Assembly (NCBI GenBank): GCA_907165135.1
Contig: OU015567.1
Span: 620,001-684,000 of the forward strand
Direction: 5' to 3'
From: Oikopleura dioica
Taxonomy: Eukaryota; Animalia; Chordata
Length of the DNA stretch: 64,000 nt
Under the pieces are notes generated by a model, which saw only the letters and a program-made list of their open reading frames with translations, was not told where the DNA came from and ran no database searches. Positions 22,520 through 37,573 of the stretch are shown piece after piece (the first letter of the stretch is position 1; every line of letters begins with the position of its first letter). Position numbers and translations under genes: made by a program.

Positions 22520-23794
22520 GGGATCCCCCGTTTTGGCCATTTTCAACTGGAAATTCAGCCGATTTGGGCTGATGAATTGGGGCGTATAATAGCTCTACGG
22601 ATAGCCCAGGTGCTATCCGCTATTCTCTAGTACAGAGAAGTTTTTTGCTCAAGGCAAACCTTCCACTAGGAGGCGTCAAAGTTCGAAAATTTCCAAAAAA
22701 GGCCATTTTAGGCCATTTTTGATTCGAAATTCAGCCAATTTGGGCTAAGATAAACACGATCTAAAACAAGATTAAGATAGAATGAAGCCTAATCTTCAAT
22801 CTCTAGTACAGAGAAGTGATTTGGTCAAGTAATAAAAAATTTTTCTTAAGAACAACCAAATGTACCCATTTATTGCGTTTTTTAGTGTTTTTTTGCTCTC
22901 TAGCGCCAACATAAGGCTGATATTTCCAGTGCGGTTATAATATTCTTTTTCTGTGCGTCCTAAGCTTTCGATAGACCCCTTATATGTCTTATTTCGATGA
23001 CATTGAAAAACCGAAAAAAATTCGATTTTTACGCTAAGACGTGCTTTTTTTAAGGTTCCTGTATTTAAAAGACCCACTTCCACCTTTTTATACTAGGAAC
23101 ATCATACAGATTTGGAATCAGCAGGAAATTTTAAGAATTTTGACCATTTTAGTTTCCAAAATTTCCACTTCCGGTCCGATTCTAGAGCCGGAAGTTGACG
23201 AAATTTTTGAGTTTGGGCAACTTGTGACCTATCAAATTGATGCTCAGAAGATTTCGAGTCATCTCATCTACAAATCATTCAAAAAAACCATCCCAACGGT
23301 CAAACCGACCGGCAAAACTGGGAAAAAATGCATAAATTTGTGATTTTTCTTTAATTTTTTAGCGGTTGATTTGACTGCAGTCGGCATTGATTCCTCTCTC
23401 AGATGATAGGAAATCTTCTGAGCATCAATTTGAAAGGTCACAAGTTGCCCAGACTCAAAAATTTCGTCAACTTCCGGCTCTAGAATCAGACCGGAAGTGG
23501 AAATTTGGAAACTAAAATGGTCAAAATTCTTAAAATTTCCTGCTGATTCCAAATCTGTATGATAATCCTAGTATAAAAAGGTGGAAGTGGGTCTTTTAAA
23601 TACAGGAACCTTAAAAAAAGCACGTCTAAGTACAATTTACATGCATTTTCGAAATTTTCGAAGGCTTATATTTTGAGGAAATATGTTCGTAAAGGGGTCA
23701 TATGATACATCAAAATGATCCTCAGAACACGAGGAATCTGAAAATATCAAATATAGACCTTTATGAAGCACTTGAAAAAACAGGGGGAGATCCC
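22520..23794. mobile_element. TTAA-flanked non-autonomous DNA transposon (GG..CC termini) containing a nested foldback element
   Basis: TTAA|GGGATCCCCCGTTTT...AAAACAGGGGGAGATCCC|TTAA; empty site ATTCTTAACGCG near 6403 and 49321. Confidence 0.85.
23038..23626. mobile_element. Foldback MITE with ~220-bp TIRs and TAA TSD (PIF/Harbinger-like by TSD)
   Basis: TAA|GACGTGCTTTTTTTAAGGTTCC...GGAACCTTAAAAAAAGCACGTC|TAA. Confidence 0.75.
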
Positions 23795-24406
23795 TTAACG
23801 CGACAATGAGGATGAATCTTGGAGATTTCTTCGTCAACGGCAGCGAAGACAGACTGACGATTGAGAGTTTGTTGGATGAGACTCCATGTAAGGACTTAAA
23901 ATAGAAATTTCTGAAAGGCTCTGATTTAGTTTGTTTATTCATTTGCGGGGTAGATCATTTTCGGTTCGATTCTCTTTATCAGGAACAGTATTCAAAATGA
24001 TTTATATCTATAAATATTGATAAAATGCGCTCAAAGTATATCTTAAAAAACATCTGCGGTATCAATCTCGGCTTTTCATCAAATGATGATTTCGAATCAA
24101 GAATCGAAGATTTCTTCAAAATCGACATTTATGATATTTCAGTCGTAGATAGAACTTCGCATGGGTCGTAAGTTTCAGCTAAAGATTTTGTCAAATCATT
24201 GTATGAAATTTTTAAGGTTTTCACGAAAAATGATTTTTGACGCAGCAAAAGAAGAATTTGAAAAATCTCGACTTTCTGAGCATGAAGATTTTGATTCCTC
24301 CGTATACAAATGCGCGGCAGAGATGTTTACTTCTCCTGGTGGTATTACCTGGTCAAAACAAAATTTAAACAAGTGCGGACATTTTCCTCGATTACCTTAT
24401 CAGGGC

Positions 24407-24905
24407 CAGAATTGCAAATTTGCTGAGCTGAGTGAGCTGAGCTGGCTGAGTGAGCTGAGCAGTCGCTCAGTTCAGCTCAGCTCACTGATTTTCGAAATGA
24501 ATTTATCTGCTCAGCTCAGCTCAGACAATAATCACTCAGCTCAGCTCAATTATTCTCGAACATGATCTGTTCTGCTCAGCTCAGACAAGTATCATTCAGC
24601 TCAGCTCAGCTCAGGTCAATGATTTTAACACAATTTCACTACTAGAAAACAGTAAAAATTGGCTCAAATCAGCTCACTCAGCTCAGCTCAGCTCTAATTA
24701 GGGTCTGCTCAGCTCAGCTCAACTACCTTAAAAAAGGTCTGCTCAGCTAAGCTCAGCTCAATGACCTCTGAAGATGGCCAGCTCAGCTCAGCTCAGCTCA
24801 GTGAGCTCCGAAATAGGCCAGCTCAGCTCAGCTCAGCTCAGAGAATTTCTCACTCAGGGCAGCTCAGCTCAGCTCAGCAAAAATAAAGCCAAATTTGCAA
24901 CTCTG
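24407..24905. mobile_element. hAT-like MITE filled with AGCTC pentamers
   Basis: 8-bp TSD ATCAGGGC; TIR CAGA(A/G)TTGCAAATTTG; empty site in copy A near 7100. Confidence 0.9.
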
Positions 24906-25857
24906 ATCAGGGCGAGATAAAAAATGCCTCCTTCGACACAGTTGAAATTCAGTATTCAATCGCCGAGAAAGCTGATTTTCACAATTTTACTCGAAGTCTA
25001 AGAGAAAACCAAACAGTTTTGTCGTCGGATCTCGCATGCGATCTGTACTTTTTTAATGTCGGCTTAATATCGTTGATTCATGCCGAAAACCTTGCTGAAA
25101 ATTTTACCTGTCCCAGCGAAGACTCCTTCTGTTCAGATTTTTTCATTGACACAATACATGATGAATGTATTGTAACGTGATGAATGTTGGTAACGAAAAT
25201 AAACAGAAGAAAGCCGTGAATAAAATGAATAAAAACTGAAATTTGTGTGTGCGCTTTCAAGTAATTTTGGCACCTTGGCCGGAATAAGAGCGTCTCACGG
25301 TGCTGAAATGATATATCGCTGGTCGAATTTCAGAAGCTCTAATCCGCCAGCACCAGATCGTTACACGTAATTTCGCCTCACATGTGGAGCCGCCATGATA
25401 ACGATTACCATAGTAAGCTGAGAATGTTTCTCTCTCTAGAGAAAATCACTGGGTAAGAGGGTTTCTAGGGCACGTTTGTTTTTATTGATAATTTCTTGAT
25501 TTTTTGAGAATTTATCTTCCTTGATTTCATTATTTAAATCACATAAATATGAATTCATAATAAATTTTGAAATTTAAAATTTGAATAAATCTATTTCTAT
25601 ATTTTCTTTGATATATTATTTCATCTCAGTATTGCAATGCAGAGACCTTGAAAAGAGCGCGGAAAAGATAAAACACTGTTTTAAAAACAGAGAAGTTGAC
25701 ATTCAAAGGAGAACTAAACTGTCGAAGTGTCCGACAAGCAGTCGCGAGGAAACTCGTAAAAGAATGAATTCTCGAAGTTCTCTTGTGCAATTTTCATACA
25801 AGAGAAACCGAAACCTTTAAACGCAAAGTGCGCAATGTTATTTTTCTAGGAATAATA

Positions 25858-28800
25858 ATGGGAAAGCCGATATATCAAAAACGAATACAGGTATTTTGAC
25901 TTTTCTTATCTTTAATGAGCATACTTATAAAAGTGCCTTGATTGCGACTGCATTGGTGTTTTGCGAAAGCGAGGAAAGCGAGTCTATTTGCTGCCACAAG
26001 AAGTTCTGACTACTCGAAGCATTCGAACCCAAGAATTGGGGTATTATTAATACCATTTTAGTTTGCAGAAGGAGAATTGATATGAGAAGCAAATGATATG
26101 AGTTTTATTCAAAACGAGAGTTAACAGTTGCTCTGATATTTTCTAATTGTAACTCAGTAGGTAAAGATCCCACTTGACTGATATAATCGGATAATGGAAA
26201 TGAACTGTTATATCTTAAAAATGATATGCTTTTTGTATCCCTACTCAAGAGTTTGATATTCCAAAACCAAACGAAAAGAAAACATGGAAGAAAAAAGTTA
26301 CGGCAAAAATGAGTCTGGCTGAGCACGGAAACGCTACAGATCCTCAGCAATATTCTTATCTAACCCTGGGGTCCATTTTTTGGATCACGGTGATGCTTAT
26401 AGGTATTCTCTCGTTATAAATTTCTATATTTTATGGGTGGCATATTGTCACCTTGGTACCATGATCAAAGATTGGGAAAAGTCGCCCCCTGATTCGGGAA
26501 AATTATTCAATTTCAGCAAACTCAAATTTCAGCAAACTACGCATCCTTGGAGAGTTCCCGTGCTGTTACGACTTATCTTACTACGGAGTGTCATCGAAAT
26601 TACAAGCAATGTGTTCGAGTTGCAAAAATGGACATCTGTGCACAATTGATGAAACAGTGCTATAAGACTCAGAAATTTATTGTTCCTGAACCAGCTTCAA
26701 GACTAGAATACAACAGAACTAAAACTCAAATTTTTTCGGTTGAAGAAAATGAAGTTAATCTCAAACGTTGTCAGAAGAAACAGTTTTACGACCAAAAAAA
26801 ATGCCGGCATCTTTGTTCAAATACTCTCGTTTTGGGATCAACTTGGAGGAATCCTATTTCGCCTTGCGAGTCGATTTGCTTTGAACTGACTAAATCCTTC
26901 GATTCCGCTGGAGATGTGTGCCCAAGTCAAAAATATTGTCGAAACGGTTGTCCGTGCCCGTTTTATAAATGCGAGAAGATTGACTCGCCGCAAAAATTGA
27001 TTCCTGTTTTTGACCTTCAAGAGGATTTTACTTACGTTGACGAACTTGATACATACCTTTCTGGCGATCCAACTTATAGATATTACGGTTTAATACATGA
27101 TGCCTGTGGTGATGGATATTGCAAAATGTCAGACAAACAAAAGAGAGAAATTTCACTGATTTTAAACAGATCGGAGTTGGATAAGGAACGGAGTCGGAAT
27201 TTGATAAAATGGTCTAAACCAGAATACGGAAGTGTAAAAATAGAAAATACTTTTTTCAAGTACAATTTTTGGATTGCCAATAAGATTGCTGTATTTTGCC
27301 AACCCGCCAATCAATCATAATTCATAAAAATCAGTTCCAAAATTATTTCATTCCATGCTATTCAGTATATATTTAAGTTTTTCCTGAAAGAATAGTTTCA
27401 GGGGTCCTCATTTAGGGATAGAACCAATTTTTGGAGCATATTTTATTGAAAATATTTATATTTGCCAGTACAGTTAATTATTGACTTCTTGGGTGGCCAA
27501 GGATTTCGGAAAAAATCTTTACCAAAATATGAGCTCAAATTATTGAAATCGGTTAAGAAAAGGAATTATGAGAGAGTTTACTTAATACAAATCAGGCGAA
27601 ACGAAGAAAACGATATAACGTTCAAGAATCGGAATTTTTGAAGATAAACATGGTGTTTTTGTTATTTTTGGCGACTTACGGCGACATTTGGCGACATTCA
27701 GCGACATTCGGTCACATTTGGCCACAAAGTCAGTGTCAGCCAAAATTTGATTTAGAGAAATGCCCAAAAATTTGATACAAGCACATTTAAAAAGTGTCCC
27801 AAGAAAACCCCTTAAAACTTTAAAAATGTCAAAAATTTGATGTCACAAAGTTCCATAAAAAACTGTACAGTTGTGTGAGAAGTTTCCGCACCCTATGTGA
27901 GTGCTTCGTTCCCGCACCCCTAGCCCGCACTTTTTCTACTATTTTCTTATAGAAGTAGCAAAAATGAGTGCTGCGTTTCCGCACCTTTAACCCGCTCTTT
28001 AGGGGCGCGGACAGAGTTCGAAATGTAGTAACACGTTACTACTACATACTACCGTTACGACCATCAGAATTCACCGCTCAATAAAACCGCTACTACATTA
28101 CTACATTACTACCCCGGCTCCAAAAAACTGCTGCTACCTACTACCATTACTACAAAAAAATGTAGTATGTAGTATGTAGTAAACAGTTTACTACCATCTA
28201 CTACAAAGAAAATAGCTAATTATTAAAATTTTTGAAGTCAAACTAGATCCGTTGTGTACCAATTAACATTTTTAAATATAGAAAAGAGACATAGATGATG
28301 CGAAAAAAATTTAGACGTCTCTTTTTGAGAAAAATTTGCGAAATTTGCATATTTCCAAAAATCTATTTATATCTAGAACCGGTTGTAGTAATGTAGTATT
28401 ACTACATTACTACACACTTCTGAGAATTCTACTACATACTACCTTTACTACAGTCCGATGAAGTAAAATGTAGTAATTAACTACATTACTACGTTACTAC
28501 CCTACTACATTTCCAACTCTGGGCGCGGAAACTCCTCACACCACTGTATGCAAAATATAGCAATTGATAAGATTTCTTATTGGTCATCCAAAAATGCACG
28601 TCCAATAATTGGTTTATTCCTCACTTAGGCAAAAGACAAGACTTTTGTTAATTAGGTTTAATTTGATTCCTTTTTAAGAAACAAAATTGTCCATACTATT
28701 GGATAAGAACATTTCAAAATTTTTTTCTCTCAAATTTGAATGGAACTGATGAAAAAATAAGAGTTCCTAAAGACTTTTTTCCTCATGAACGTTTTTGTAG

Positions 28801-31800
28801 ATCAATCTCTCTGTTTTTTAAAGCAAGCAACATAGTCGTAGAGAAAGGGTTAGTTGCGCGCTGCTCGAACTTAAACTAGTAGTTTTTACGGTAAAGTCAG
28901 TCTATTAGGCAAAATGTTTCCCATGATTAACTGATTTATGCAAAACATGATCTTGTTCACCAAATCACGAAAACTTAAAAAGTCGACTGGTGCCACCTTT
29001 CTTAATGGCGAGCACTACTTGGTCAATGTACTTGGACACTTAATGAGAGTGAGAGAAGGTGGCTACGCTCCAATTATTATTCCTAATGGGCTTAATCATG
29101 TGTAAGTTATGTCTTAGAGGTTACCAATTTTAACTTATCAGTGATTTTTCGAAGTAGGGGCCTTAGCCGGCCAGGGTGCACCATTTTTGGATCACCGGCC
29201 AAAATATAAGCTCTTTCGGTGAAGTGATTTTGAAATTAGTAAACATAACATAGGAGCGTTATGCACCAATCATGATCCATTAGTCATGGTCCATTTGGCC
29301 GGCAGAGTTAATATACCACTTTTTGCCGGCGTTGCTACTAAGGTGAAACTTTCACTGTATTTTATGATGTTTTTGTTTTAGAGGATATTTTGTTTTTCAT
29401 TTTGGATCTTCCGTCGGAACTCATCATATAAAGCTTCGATATAAAGAAGAGTCTTTACGCAAAATAGTTTTTCCTGTAGTCGTTATCTGTGATGGTCGAA
29501 AAGGGATACATATATTTTTGATATCATTTTTGATTTTATTGAATTTTTACATATTCAATAAGAAGCAAATTCGTAAGATTTACAATTTTATCAAATCAAT
29601 AAATTTTGACCATATCAAGCCGTCCAACTGCAAGAGAGGATAAGTGCTTTTATTACGCTCCTGATTTTAATTTGAACCGCTTCGAAGAAGCTCAGGGTTT
29701 CATCGCTAGCAATCACTTCAATGCGAAAACATCTTCAATTAGCTATAAAGATGTCTTCTATTTGATGAGTGTCAGAATGGGCGAAAATTTTATAAAATTG
29801 TCAAAGACTATTGCTTTAAATCGGATAAGAGCCGATGAAGAATTCGAGAAAGGTTGGAAGAAAGACGACCTAAAATTGCCAGCTGAACTTACCAACTTGG
29901 ACCCGGTCCATGTTGTTCCATTGAAAAGAGTTTCAAATGCATATTTTAACAGTTAAGGGGGTTGTGGTCGAGGCTAAGACTTTTTCAACCTAAAAATCTC
30001 AAATTTTTTCAAAAAAATATTCTTTTGCTAATTGAAAATAAGTTTAAAAAAGGTTCAATTTATGTGGGCATCTACATGTGTATGTTTGAAAAAATATTTT
30101 CTTCGGAAAGATGATGAAAAATTTCTTCAAAGACGTAAAAACTATATGATATAGTCTATATCCCCTTATCATTTTTTTCAATATCAAACTTACCGACTCG
30201 GTAATACCAAGAGGAAAGTTCAAACCCTTTAGCGTGTGGGCCGCTTAGTTTAAAAGTTCACCTTGTAAGAAAAGAAAATAGTAATTGAATGAAAACATGT
30301 TGTTTTCTGTAAAATCGTCATTTTCGCTCATTTTTTCAATGAAATTTTTGAAACATCACACTTATCGTCGTTTTTTAGGTCTTTGTAAATAAAATATGAC
30401 CAAGAAACATATCTTCGCAAAAATCAATTTTTAATTGTTTTGAGTGCGAAAATCGCGTTTCATAATTCCCGAAAATGGCGATTTCATAGCATAAAATCGA
30501 AAGTTATCTTAAAAAATTATGGTCCAATCAAAAAAAGCTAGTGGCCAAAAATGCTCCTTTCTTATCAAGAAATCTAAAACTTATATCAAAATTTTAAAAA
30601 GTCTAAGAAAATTTTCTCGACAACCACCCCCTTAAAATAAGACAATGTAGTTAATTAACTTCGAAAAGATCGATACGGGAAAACTTCTATTATTGATTGT
30701 CACAAGAAGCGTCGAGCTCTCAAACACCCTCTTCTCGATATTATTAGAAGCAGAGGGAAAGTTTCTTACTGTTGGTCGTGAATGGATTGGTTCTTTGGTC
30801 AATTACGAGCGCGAATCCGTATGCTATTCGAGGTTATTCACGCAAGAGGATCTCTATTACACTGATCGGACTGGAGTCAACATCGATGAATGCGAGTATT
30901 TTGTTAACGGATTAGTTGCCGATGAGAAAATTCTTATTCAAAATTATGTGTTTGACTCGACATTTGAAATCGAGTTTAATTTCGGAAAGAATTAAAAATC
31001 ATCATGTGCAGTTAATACTTGACATTTAAACGAAAGCAAAAAACTGATATTGGGGGATAGCCTATCCCGGATAGGCTTGGGTTAGTAAAAGTAACTGAAG
31101 GTTAACTCCCTGCCTTAGTTATTTTCCCTTATTAGTCTCAAATTTTATGATTTTTACATAAAAAAAAGTTTATGAGTTATGAGTTTTGGAAAAGCGGCGC
31201 GAGCTCGGTGCGCGTAGGCCCTTAAGAGTAAGGGTTGATGTTTTCAATCAACGCCTTGCATTTTAATCACTTATGTTGACAGTGATTAGACCGATCGCAA
31301 CATTTTTTTAGAATCATTAAAATTACTTTTTTCGTAAAAAAGAGCGATTTCTATGCACAAAAAAATTTCTCTCGACTTTCGTGCCATTTTCACCAAATTC
31401 GTGCCATTCGTGCCATTCGTTCATTTTGAGTACTGACCTAATGGACAGCCGTAGCCATAGAATAAGATATTTGCTTATTTTAATTCTAGCAAAAAGAAAG
31501 AGTCGAGATAGAATTTATTCAACAAAAAGCGAAGAATAAAATTCATGTGACGAGCAATCCTTTTTTCGCGTTTCACGACGATGTTTTTCCATTGTTTGCA
31601 AAGAATGCAGTCGCCCAGGAGCGATTCCCCTCAAAAGTTTACCCAAAAACTATTATTCCGAATCAACCTTTTACTATTCTTAAAAATCTGAATCATATTT
31701 CGACTATTAAAATGGAATTCTCTGGAGCAGAAATGCTTCAATTCGAGTTCAAATTTCAAGAAAACTCAAATATTTTGAGTGAAATAAAAATTCTTGAATT

Positions 31801-34125
31801 GAACTTTTTCGACGAAAAAAGTTTCTTCAGATTTGGAAGATTAAAGAACGGATCTTATTGGATGGACTCTGATTTCTTTAATAAACGTTTAATATTCAAA
31901 TCAAATGGGCTGACAATAATTATCGATTCAAACAAATCTTCTACATTGTCTTATCTAAAAGTTTTCAAGAAAAAGTTTGGTCGACTCCTAAACAGATAAA
32001 TAAAAAGGGGTTTCGGCGGACATTTAAGGGTGTCAACAACAATAAAATAAGGGTCTCCATTAGGACACTAAAAATATATTTTTCGGGAAAACTGAAAAGT
32101 TTTTATTTCGAAGAACGAGTGTGCTCATATAAAAGAGCGTCATCGAGAACCTATGCTGAGTCAATCTGGTCATGGGGCGAAAACGAAAATTTTCGAAAAA
32201 ATGGGGTCGAAATCTCAATAATGGTGGTTTTTATTTCATTTCATTTTGGATTTTTCTCAAAATTTTCCGTAGCAGCAAAAATATTTTCAACATAAAATTT
32301 TCTCCTCGTTGTCTAAACAACCCAAAGAGGGGGGATCCCTCGTCAACAATGTTCCGTTAAAAATCGAAAATTTCAAAAAGGCCATGTTTTGGCTTATGAG
32401 TGTGCCTGGAAGTTAATTTAATCATAAAAACTTGTGAGGAGTACTTTTTGACCAATTCAAATCGGGAAACGGTCAGACTCATTACCGATTGGAAACCCAT
32501 TAACAATCGTGGTAACCCATTACCAAGTTTGGTAATGCATTACCAAATTCGTCAAAAAAGTGTCGATTTTTTTCGTTTAAAGAGCGAGTGTGCGCTCCGC
32601 GCCTGTATGATAGAAAATTTGTGGGGTGTTTTATTCATTAACTTGGTGAAAAGTTAAAATAAATTGATAATCGACTACCGAAAATTAGAAATGGGTTACC
32701 AAAAATTCTGGTAATGAGTCCGACCGTTCCCGTTCAAATCTGAAATTTAAGCGAAATTGGGACTTGTTTGTCATTTCTCGTCAAAAATTCCGATTTTCAA
32801 ACGCGATTTTGAGGGTGTAAGAGTCGAGATATACCCCCATAAATGAAGCCTTAAAATCGTTTTTTGACCAGCAGGATCCATCATTATTCATCGACCACTC
32901 AAAGTCAAGGTTTGGGTTAAAGAAAAAGTTTATCTTGAGGATTACTGCATGCACCTCCAAAAGGTGATTTTGGTGGAGGCCTTGTATTTTCTCGCTTTAA
33001 AAAATTTCTTCCCTTTGCATAAAAAATTCAAACTCACTCAGCTCTTGTTTATAAATATGCTTGAATAATAGGGCATATGCCGGAAATATATAAATTTAAG
33101 ATGATTTCTAGGGTTCAGACGATGACAAAAACTGTCAGGTTTCAAATCAGGTTTCCTTTGAAGAGAAAAGCAGAATACCTCATTCAATTAGAAAATCTTA
33201 TAAGGATTATGTTTTTATCTTTCGACTTTATACTAAACTTTATAAGGATTCTATAAAGACGAAGAAAATTGGCAGTCAAATTTTACTTATAAACTTTGAT
33301 AAAAAAAGAGGGAATAAGATCCGAATTTATAAATATGACGAAGCAACGAAAATAAGAGACTTTTTCTATCAAAAACTATCGTCGAAGAAGCAGATCAATG
33401 TATTATTGTCGAAGTACATGCTTGATGAAGATATTAATCCTCTTCCATATGCTTATGTGACGAATAGTGGGCTGATAAGCCAAGTATCATTTTTTTCATC
33501 ACCTTTTCTTGGTTCGTCATCTTTCCACAGCTTTCCTGAACTTCTTTGCGGATCGAAACCAGCAATAGTGAATGATAAATTATACATATTTGGGGGATGT
33601 ATCGATAGTAAAAACGTAAATTAATAAAATTCCGAGAAAGTGATTATAATTGTCCTTAAGATTCATCGATTAGACGGATGCTTTTTTAAAGAACTTAATA
33701 CTCATCTGAAAAATGAGTACTCTTATAAACACATGGCTCTATCTTACGACGGAGGCAGCAAAGGTTTGGATTTTCCGTTAAGATTGAAAATAATCATTCA
33801 AATAATTAAGCCATTATTTGTTCTAATGTCAAGAGAAATAATGGGAGAGAATGTGAGTTATACAATGGGAATTATGTAGAAAGAACATTTTCCACGAAAA
33901 TAAATCACCGCGGTGGCTCTTTTGGTGTTTACAAAAATAACCCGACTATAATTGGTGGATATCTAGATGAAGCAAAGAATGGAACAGTTGAGACATTGAC
34001 CAAAGAGGGGTGGATTAAGCTGAAATCGCATTCAAGGTAGACGCATTAATAAAAATACAACAGAAATATTCTAAGACGTATCTGTGGGTCTGCTGCTGTT
34101 GGACTGCCCTCAGGAAACCTTTTGT
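25858..34125 (+). CDS. Family-Y gene copy B (the more intact copy)
   Basis: Continuous 257-aa ORF at 26547-27320 and 150-aa ORF at 31547-31999, where copy A is frameshifted. 3' end is approximate. Confidence 0.55.
27868..28546. mobile_element. Tc1-type MITE (copy B) carrying a nested hAT-like MITE
   Basis: Same termini as 11262-11438, with an extra ~510 bp inside. Confidence 0.75.
28012..28521. mobile_element. hAT-like MITE filled with ACTAC/GTAGT pentamers
   Basis: 8-bp TSD GGCGCGGA; TIR CAGAGTT(C/G)GAAATGTAGTA, 18/19 match; absent from copy A. Confidence 0.9.
29957..30631. mobile_element. TTAA-flanked MITE (copy B of 12856-13521)
   Basis: TTAA|GGGGGTTGTGGTCGAG...CTCGACAACCACCCCC|TTAA. 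Confidence 0.65.
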
Positions 34126-37100
34126 AAAGGGGTTGATATTCATTAATCATTTTTTTTCATCAAATACCTAATCATGTGATGCCCCGTCCTATTAATACTG
34201 GAAGCGTTTTATTGAAAGACTTATATGACATATAATAAGAAAACACTCAAAAGCTACCAAAAAAACAATCGGTCGGATTCAAACAATTGAAAAATCAGAA
34301 ATATAAATTGTATTCGGTATAAATTGTTTGGGTCGATATTCTTCTTCTGAAAGGGTTTTTGAGTTCGAAAATTTGATTTTTTTGATAATTTTTTGAAAGT
34401 ACTAACTTAAGTAAAAATCTTTCTCTAACAGGTCTGATTTCGCCATATAGCTCGTGGTTCTGTTTGAAGAAATCTCTTGCTATCTGATGAAGCTCGACGT
34501 AATTATTTTTGACAAATAATTTAAAGTTCGTGTCAGTTTTAGAATAAGGGTGTAAGTTTTATTATAAAAAAATATGGGATGGGTTTTCTATCCAAACTTG
34601 GGAGGTAGGTCTCCTTGAATATTGCTAGCGTTTTTTTTGGGAACGCCGAAGTTTCCTAATTTTCATGGAAGCCCCTCATATAAATAAAGAATTTTATGCT
34701 GATTTCAACGATACCAAAATCTTTATGATAGCATTATTCTATTGAAGACAAGCTTAAGAATTCTCATAAAGTGGGGTTATTTTTCACCCAAGTTTTCCAG
34801 GTCACCGGCTAATTTTCTTCTCAAAATAACTTAGCAAACATGAACCTTTTACTTCTGGTAATCTTTTTGTGTTCATCACCCGGTATTATTTGCATCTGAT
34901 TCCGAGTACTGGGTCACAGTAAGCACCTACTGAGATTATGGCGTGCGCTTATGCTTTTTGGGCTTCCCGCGCAGCGCGAAATGCACTAGCGCGCTGTCAG
35001 TTTTACTCACTTATCTGAGGATTTCAAGCCACCCGTAAGTCCACGAAAAAGATTTTTTCGGTAATTCAAGAGAAGTATCTAATAAAGAGCATATCTTAAA
35101 ATAAATGACATGGCAGGGCGTGCTCTATATGATTCACCTCTTTGAAAGATAAATTTTGTTTTTTTGATATTTAACAAAAAAAATTGCGAATTATTCTTTC
35201 ATATTTCAAATATAACTTAAACAGTTAAAGAGTATATTTTAAAATTTCTACCCCTTCTTTCTGCTTATTGGCGGGGATGATGAAACCTCCCTTGAACATA
35301 TTTGGCGACTGATGGACAATAACTGGGATGTGATTGGCTCTCTCTCATCCGTAAGTAGATAAAAAAAAAATTCGAGAAAAGCGTATTGATAAAACCAGGT
35401 GAAATCGAATATTTAGGGTATTGGTTCTTTGGCAGCTGTTTTTCTTGACAATTCAGTTTTCGTTGTTCCTGGCAATGATTTGTCTTTGGAACCAGCGTAT
35501 CTCTGGAAAATCGATTTGGCTAAAGGCTTTTATAAGTAGGTTTCGAACAATCGGCGTTTTTTGAAACACGGCGTGCTCTCGGGCGCTCCCGACTCTTCGC
35601 TGCCGGGATCATGTTTGTTCAAATCACCTGGTTGTGGCAATTACGAGCCTTTTTTTTCTGGGAATTTCGTGAAATACTCATAATTCTTCAACTCGGAAAA
35701 ATTGACCGGTTTTTTTAATTTCATGTTTTCTAAAAAAGGTCCCTAGACAAAATGAAGAGATCATCTGAATCGGACTAGATTTTCGACTGATACTGAGCCT
35801 CTGAAGTCCCAAAATGAGCGCTAGAAATTTTTGAGCGCCCGAAAACGGTTGAATACTCCATCCAGTGATTATGCCTATGGTCCCAGTTCGTAAAACAGGT
35901 TCTATTTAACCAGAATCAATTCACAGAAGTTGTGAACAGGGACTCTAGTGAGGACCAGTGCCTAAAGAAACCCGAAAAATGGGGGCAAAATTGAGGTGAA
36001 ATCTTTGGTCTGAGTTCTGAGAGGCCAAACTTGGCGTTGATTTTGCCCTATTTTTTGGCCTCCTTCGACGCTGGTCCTCACTTAAGTCCCTGTTCACAAT
36101 TTCTGTGAATTGATTCTGGTTGAATAGAACCTGCTCTACAAACAGGGACCATATGCATAATCACTGGATAGAGTATTCATCCCATTTCGGGCGCTCAAAA
36201 ATTTCTTGGAGGTCATTGAGATTGCTGAACAACAAGTTGAAGCTACTCAACAAGCTGCTGAACAGCCAAAGACTCCAGAGCCAAAGATTTAATGAGTCCA
36301 GCCAAGCATTCTCAATTTTTTTTCCAAAAAAAAAAATTTCGGTCGATAATCTCTCGTTTTCAAAATTTTCGGGTTTTGTCAAAATACTCGTAATTCTCCC
36401 ACTCGTAATTGCCACAGTCGACTGTAATAAGTATGACTGCGATAACTGGCAACCACAAGTTTGTTATAATCAATTATTAAATTTTAATGCCGAAAAATAG
36501 GACAGAGATTATATCGGAAATACCGGTAAATAGAATTGCCACAGTAATTGCCACAGTCCACTGTATTTGCATCTTATCTCGTAAAGTAGGTTTGAGAGTC
36601 ACCCGCTGAGAAAAGATCGCTTCCCACCGCTCACGTTCTTGCCACTCATTCTTGCTGCTCTAGCGGGCGGAGGAGCCGTTTAAGCCCCGAGCGCGTGGAA
36701 ATGTTGGCCCCACAAGGCACGCCTTGCTCCAAGAAAACGCCGATTTTCGAGACCTAGTTATATACCAAACTTATTGATAATAAAAGCCTCCCTCGTTCAA
36801 TTTGAGCAAACTAAGGCGATAGCTTTGACTAAGATTCAGATTTATTAAGCTTTAAGAAAGATAACGACGAAAATATTATTGAGACTCAGATAATTGGCCA
36901 GGTCGAAAAAGAATGGACTTATTTGGACCCTCAACCGATTGTTTTTGTGACAACCGTTGATTATTGTTCCAAAAGTCTTTTATGAACATTTCAAAAAAAA
37001 TAAGTAATGAACCTTACTTTTACTCAAATACATTTCGTTTTTTACTGTTTATGCTCGTCTTTATCCTTAAAAAGAATTTATCATTTTAATAGGAATTGAA

Positions 37101-37573
37101 ATTTTGAAAGAACCATCATGAGTCTATCAGAATTTATGCTTCTTGATGTTGTATTTCTTTGCTTAGCTCGAGTAACTTTAGTCAAGAACGACATCAGCTC
37201 AGAAATAAATGTTTCAAAAATCTGCACTTCTTGGTAGTGGAAAAAGTTGAGTCGCTATTCTCGTAAATAAATCTGGGGTCTACTTGCTTGAGAGATTAAA
37301 CCTTCTTAGACGGTCTCGCAACTTGATTACTTGATTTTAATGTTCTCCATGACATTGTGATGTAGATATCAAGAAAAATTTTTCTATTTATTTGTCTCGA
37401 TTTTGTTCTACCTATAGTTTCAAGGTCAATAAGAAAAATTGTAAGCAAAAATTTTTTGATAGGACCACGTGATTTTATAAAAATCTCCTTAAAAACTCGT
37501 TATTTGCCCGTTTAATTATAGATCGACGTGTTTTAGAAATAAATTTTAATGTAAAGATCTTCTGTTGTATATT

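Larger units (their letters stand above)
22252..25180 (+). pseudogene. Family-X plus member, copy B, disrupted by two exonic insertions
   Basis: Insertions at 22520-23794 and 24407-24905, both in coding exons. Confidence 0.75.
20386..37530. repeat. Tandem segmental duplication, unit B (~17.1 kb)
   Basis: Near-identical to 10.7-20.4 kb of unit A and to unit C over their shared parts. Confidence 0.9.
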